Below, one piece after another: positions 60,387 to 64,000 of a stretch of 64,000 nucleotides of DNA. Positions within the stretch are counted from its first letter, which is position 1. Every line of letters starts with the position of its first letter. Below the pieces are notes generated by a model. That model was not told the DNA's origin. It saw only the letters and a list, made by a program, of their open reading frames with translations, and did no database searches. Source of the DNA: the human T2T-CHM13v2.0 reference genome, Homo sapiens; NCBI RefSeq assembly GCF_009914755.1, contig NC_060946.1, one strand, 5' to 3'. The position numbers and the translations under genes were made by a program.

Positions 60387-60712
60387 ACCTCCTGTTCTGC
60401 CACTTCCTGTCTTGTGTCCTACTTCCCATTCTATGTTCCATTTTTTGTTCTATGCTCCACTTTCTGTTCTGTGTTCCACTTCCTGTTCTAAGTATGCCCC
60501 ACTTTGTGTTCTGTGTTCCACTTCCTGTTCTGAGTAAGTCCCACTTCCTGTTCTATGTTCCACTTTTTGTTCTATGCTCCACTTCCTGTTCTGTGTTCCA
60601 CTTCCTATTCTGAGTATGCCCCACTTCGTGTTCTGTATCCCCTTTCATGTCCTATGACCCACTTCCTGTCCTGTGTCCCACTTCCTGTTCTGAATTATCC
60701 CTTCCTGTTCTG
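60387..60712. repeat. 19/23-bp minisatellite, consensus CCACTTCCTGTTCTGTGTT, about 16 units
   Basis: Directly visible. Confidence 0.95.
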
Positions 60713-61065
60713 GACCCTTCTGCTTCAGTAGGCACTTGAGTATTGGGAGTGCGCAAGGACGTGTCCTTCATCTGCTCTTCTACATACTCACCTTGGGACC
60801 TCCCACCTTGCTTCTGACACATTCTGGGCGGTGCACTTGGGCCCAGTGCTGTTTTTCCTGCTCCTCAAATATATCAAGATTGTTCCCAGCTCAAGGCTGA
60901 TGCCCTTCTCATTTCTTCTGCCAATACATTTCTTCCCACAGTGACTCTCAAGGCTGCTTTTCCACAATGTTCAGCCCTCATGTAAAATGTTGCCCATCCT
61001 GACCATCCTCTCTCGCTTCCACACTGGCATGTATGGCCCCCATTCCTGCCTCCCCTTGGCTCTAG

Positions 61066-61690
61066 ATCCATGTTGTCCAATGTGACAGCCATGAACCCCG
61101 TGTGGCCACTTAGCCCATGAAGTGTGGCTGGTCTGCATGGAGATGAGCTGTGAGTGGGAACTACACTCCAGATTTCAAAGGCTTATTTTGAAAAGAAGAA
61201 AGTAAAATGGCTCAATATTTTGTTTGTACTGGTTACTTATTGAAATAATATTTTTGATCTATTGAGTTAAATGATCTATATTATTAAAAAAAAATTTCAC
61301 TCAAAGGGTACAAAGTTTTAGTTAAATAGGAGGAATAAGTCCTGGAGACCTATTGTATGGCATGGTGACTATAGTTAACAATAAATAACATATTGTACAC
61401 TTCAAGATTTCTCAGAGTAGGTTTTAAAAGTTCTCACTACAAAAATAAACACACGAGGGGATAGATAAGTTAATTAGCTTGATTTATTTATTCCACAGTG
61501 TATACATATATCAAAACATCTCCTTGTACACCATAAATATATATACATTTTAATTGTCAATTAAAAACATAAATTAAAAATCGATTTCACTTTTTAAAAT
61601 ACGTTTAAACATATGGCTACTATAAAATTTAAAGTTGCATTCATGGCTCACATTCGTGGCTTATTATGTCTGTACTGGGGGGCAGCATAG
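61066..61690. mobile_element. MER33-like hAT relic split by an L1 3' end
   Basis: 'tgttgtccaat..gtggcc..ccagatttcaaaggctta' and 'atggctactataaaatttaaagttgcat..gtggc'. Confidence 0.75.
61302..61572 (+). mobile_element. 5'-truncated L1MA-like 3' end
   Basis: 'aaagggtacaaagttttagttaaataggaggaataag..catggtgactatagttaacaata..tatacatatatcaaaacatc'; degenerate 19-bp TSD. Confidence 0.85.
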
Positions 61691-61699
61691 CTCTAAAGC

Positions 61700-62165
61700 C
61701 AAATGACTAGGTTTGCAGCTGTGCTGACTCTCATTAGCTGTGAAGCCTGTGAAATTTCCTTACCAAGCCCATGCCTCAGTTTTTCCTCTGCACAGTGGAG
61801 AGAAGGATATTAAGCATGTGAAGCCCTTCCACAGGGCTGAACGCATTATGATAAGTCCTCACTTCATATTAGCTGTTAGTACTATTCATTTCGTTTGTGC
61901 ATTTGAATGACCTTGTTTTATTTTCCCTCCTCACACTTAGCAGTCCAGGAGATGACTCTGTTTAATCATTTGTGCACTTATTTCTGTTTGGTCCTGCTTT
62001 TAGGTGTCAGCTCTGTGAACACAGGGACTTGCCTGTTTTGCACACAGTGTGTCCTCAATCCTGTTCTGGGCCCCCCTCACAGTAGGAGGTGCTGCTCAGG
62101 CAATGCATGCTCAGGCACACAGGACTGCTCAGGCAATGCGTGCTGAGCAAATGAATACATGAATG
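61700..62165 (+). mobile_element. MIR followed by an L2 3' end
   Basis: 'catgcctcagtttttcctctgcacagtgg'; 'tcagctctgtgaacacagggact..cacagtaggaggtgc..aatgaatacatgaatga'. Confidence 0.6.
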
Positions 62166-63144
62166 AAGCTGTGCTGTGATCCCTCATGCCTTCTCATCCT
62201 ATCCTGACACTTGCACCCACTCTTTTGAAAAGAAGCCATTAGTGGGTGGCATAAGTACGTGTTTGTGACATGAATGGATGCATAAACAGAAAGGCAGTGG
62301 TGGAGGATGGGGGAGAATGCATGAAGTTCTGCAGTGTTGAGAGGAGAGAAATACTCCCACAGCCCAGGCTGCATGCCCTCGGCCTGATGGGATCCCAGGT
62401 GAGGATGGAGCGAGGCTGCTGGGGGCTTGGTGAGTGAGAACGTCAGGACATGAATGACCTTTGTCTTCGTGCTGACACACCACTGCAAGCTCAGGGGTCT
62501 GGTTCCGAGGAAGGCATGAACATGGGTGAAGTTAGGCGCCACAGTCCGGGAGAGCCTGTTCAATTGAATTCGCCACCAATATCATCTGGGTGAGCTTTTG
62601 TGAGATACTCAGCTGCTGCTTGGAGCCCCTGCTCACCATCTGGAAATGAGGATGCTACACCTACCCAGCAGAACCCATGCACAGTGCCTCAGGGGAGAAA
62701 GGCAGCAGGAAGGAGGTCAGATCAGTGGGCCCTGGACATCCTGCCTCCCCGGCTGTGGGGCTTGTGGCTGCCTCTCCAGGGCCCAGCCCAGCTCTCAGAC
62801 CAATTTCTCAGTGAGGCATGAGAAACCAATGATGATAGAATACTGCTTAGACATTACCCCCTAAAGATGGTTTTCAATTAATTTGCATGAATGTTTCTTT
62901 CTCAATGACTAATTGATTGAGTTCCCATATTGTTCTCCAAAGGATAGCTATTTTCACAATTGCAGCTGCTCTTTCATTCAGCCGGCTTCCCTCAGGGCCT
63001 ACTTGGGGCAGGGCTGGGGCTGGGCGTGGAGACCCAACCATGGTCGGTCCAGTCCTGGCCCACAGTCAACTCTTATCTGCTGGGGGAGGCAGCCAGCAGA
63101 CAGAAGCCAGGACTGTGGGGCAGGGCCTGAGTGGGGAGGGCTAA

Positions 63145-63375
63145 GTCAGCTCCCAGGGTGACCCAGCTCTGCTGAGACCTCTCTGCCAGCAAAGAGGTCA
63201 CTAAGGGAAGTCCGGCCCTCCCCTTTTCCTGATGGCTGGTTTATCTGTCTGTTCCTGCCCCTCCTCTTGCCGCTCAGTCGTTGAGGTGCTTTCCACCAGC
63301 TCCCTTTGACTTGGTCTTACCTCTGCTGCTTAGCAGAGAGGTCTCAGTAGGAGCTGGGTCACCCTGGGAGCTGAC
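63145..63375. repeat. Inverted repeat, arms of about 55 bp (63145-63198 / 63319-63375)
   Basis: gtcagctcccagggtgacccagctc pairs with gagctgggtcaccctgggagctgac. Confidence 0.9.
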
Positions 63376-63457
63376 AAACAAGGAATTAAATATCCTTGGC
63401 GCTGGTTCAAGGTCACTGGATCCTGTGGGTGACAGAGATGGTGAGATAGGTGGTTGT

Positions 63458-63831
63458 CGACAAAGACTCTTTGCTTGATCGAACTTTTTCTGGCTCCTCT
63501 GAGCCTCTTCTGCACTCAGCCTTGGCCTGATTAGCCCCATTTCAGCAGAGTCCTGCTAAGCCAGTTTGCTGAGCATCCTTTCACACTTGGTATCTACTCC
63601 AGCTCCTCTTTCCTTCTTGATATCTGATCACCTCTAGGAAGAATCCTATTGGGCCAGTTTAGCAAGAATTTTCTACCCTTGATACCCACTCAAGTCCCTC
63701 TGGGTCATTTTCCATCCTGTCCTTGCTGAATTCAGAGTTGAGCCCAATCTCTCCCCTCTATGGCAGTAGTCTCAAATAAAGCTTGTCTTGCCATTTTAAG
63801 CAAGTGTCTGATGAATAATTTTTCTATTACA
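63458..63831 (+). mobile_element. MER31-like ERV1 solo LTR
   Basis: 'gacaaagactctttgcttgatcgaacttt..ggctcctctgagcc', 'cagtttagcaagaat', AATAAA near the end. Confidence 0.75.
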
Positions 63832-64000
63832 GTGGGAAGAGATGGGGAACAATGGAGAGGAATGAGGAGGGGCAGGATAAAGTCTTTGTAAGGCAGAGGG
63901 GTTTAGATTTTCTGTAAAGACCACAGTGCGCCTCACCCTGAGTTAAATGCTCAAAAGCTTCCAGAAAGAGAAAAGTCCAGGCCCTTCTTCTGAGGACCAG

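Overview
Primate (human-like) non-coding genomic DNA, dense in interspersed repeats: about 15 Alu-family insertions, old L1M/L1MB fragments, MIR/L2, MaLR LTRs (THE1, MST, MLT1), ERV1 solo LTRs (LTR12C, LTR8, MER65-, MER61-, LTR26-, MER31-like), hAT/Tigger relics, an SVA VNTR fragment and several micro/minisatellites. I can support no protein-coding gene, RNA gene or CRISPR array. The ORF track uses alternative start codons, and its ORFs are short, overlap on both strands, or derive from repeats. I could not identify the locus. Repeat family names come from my recollection of consensus sequences, not from a search. I found no convincing new multi-gene system. The best leads are structural or regulatory: a minisatellite made of ETS sites (60.4 kb), an Alu whose 5' junction carries locally templated direct and inverted copies (50.5-51.3 kb), a tail-less SVA-VNTR-only insertion with flanking duplication (5.3 kb), a non-repeat inverted repeat beside G4 motifs (63.1-63.4 kb), an E-box-rich repeat grown from a MIR (10.4 kb), two three-monomer Alus, and an intact LTR12C promoter-type LTR.
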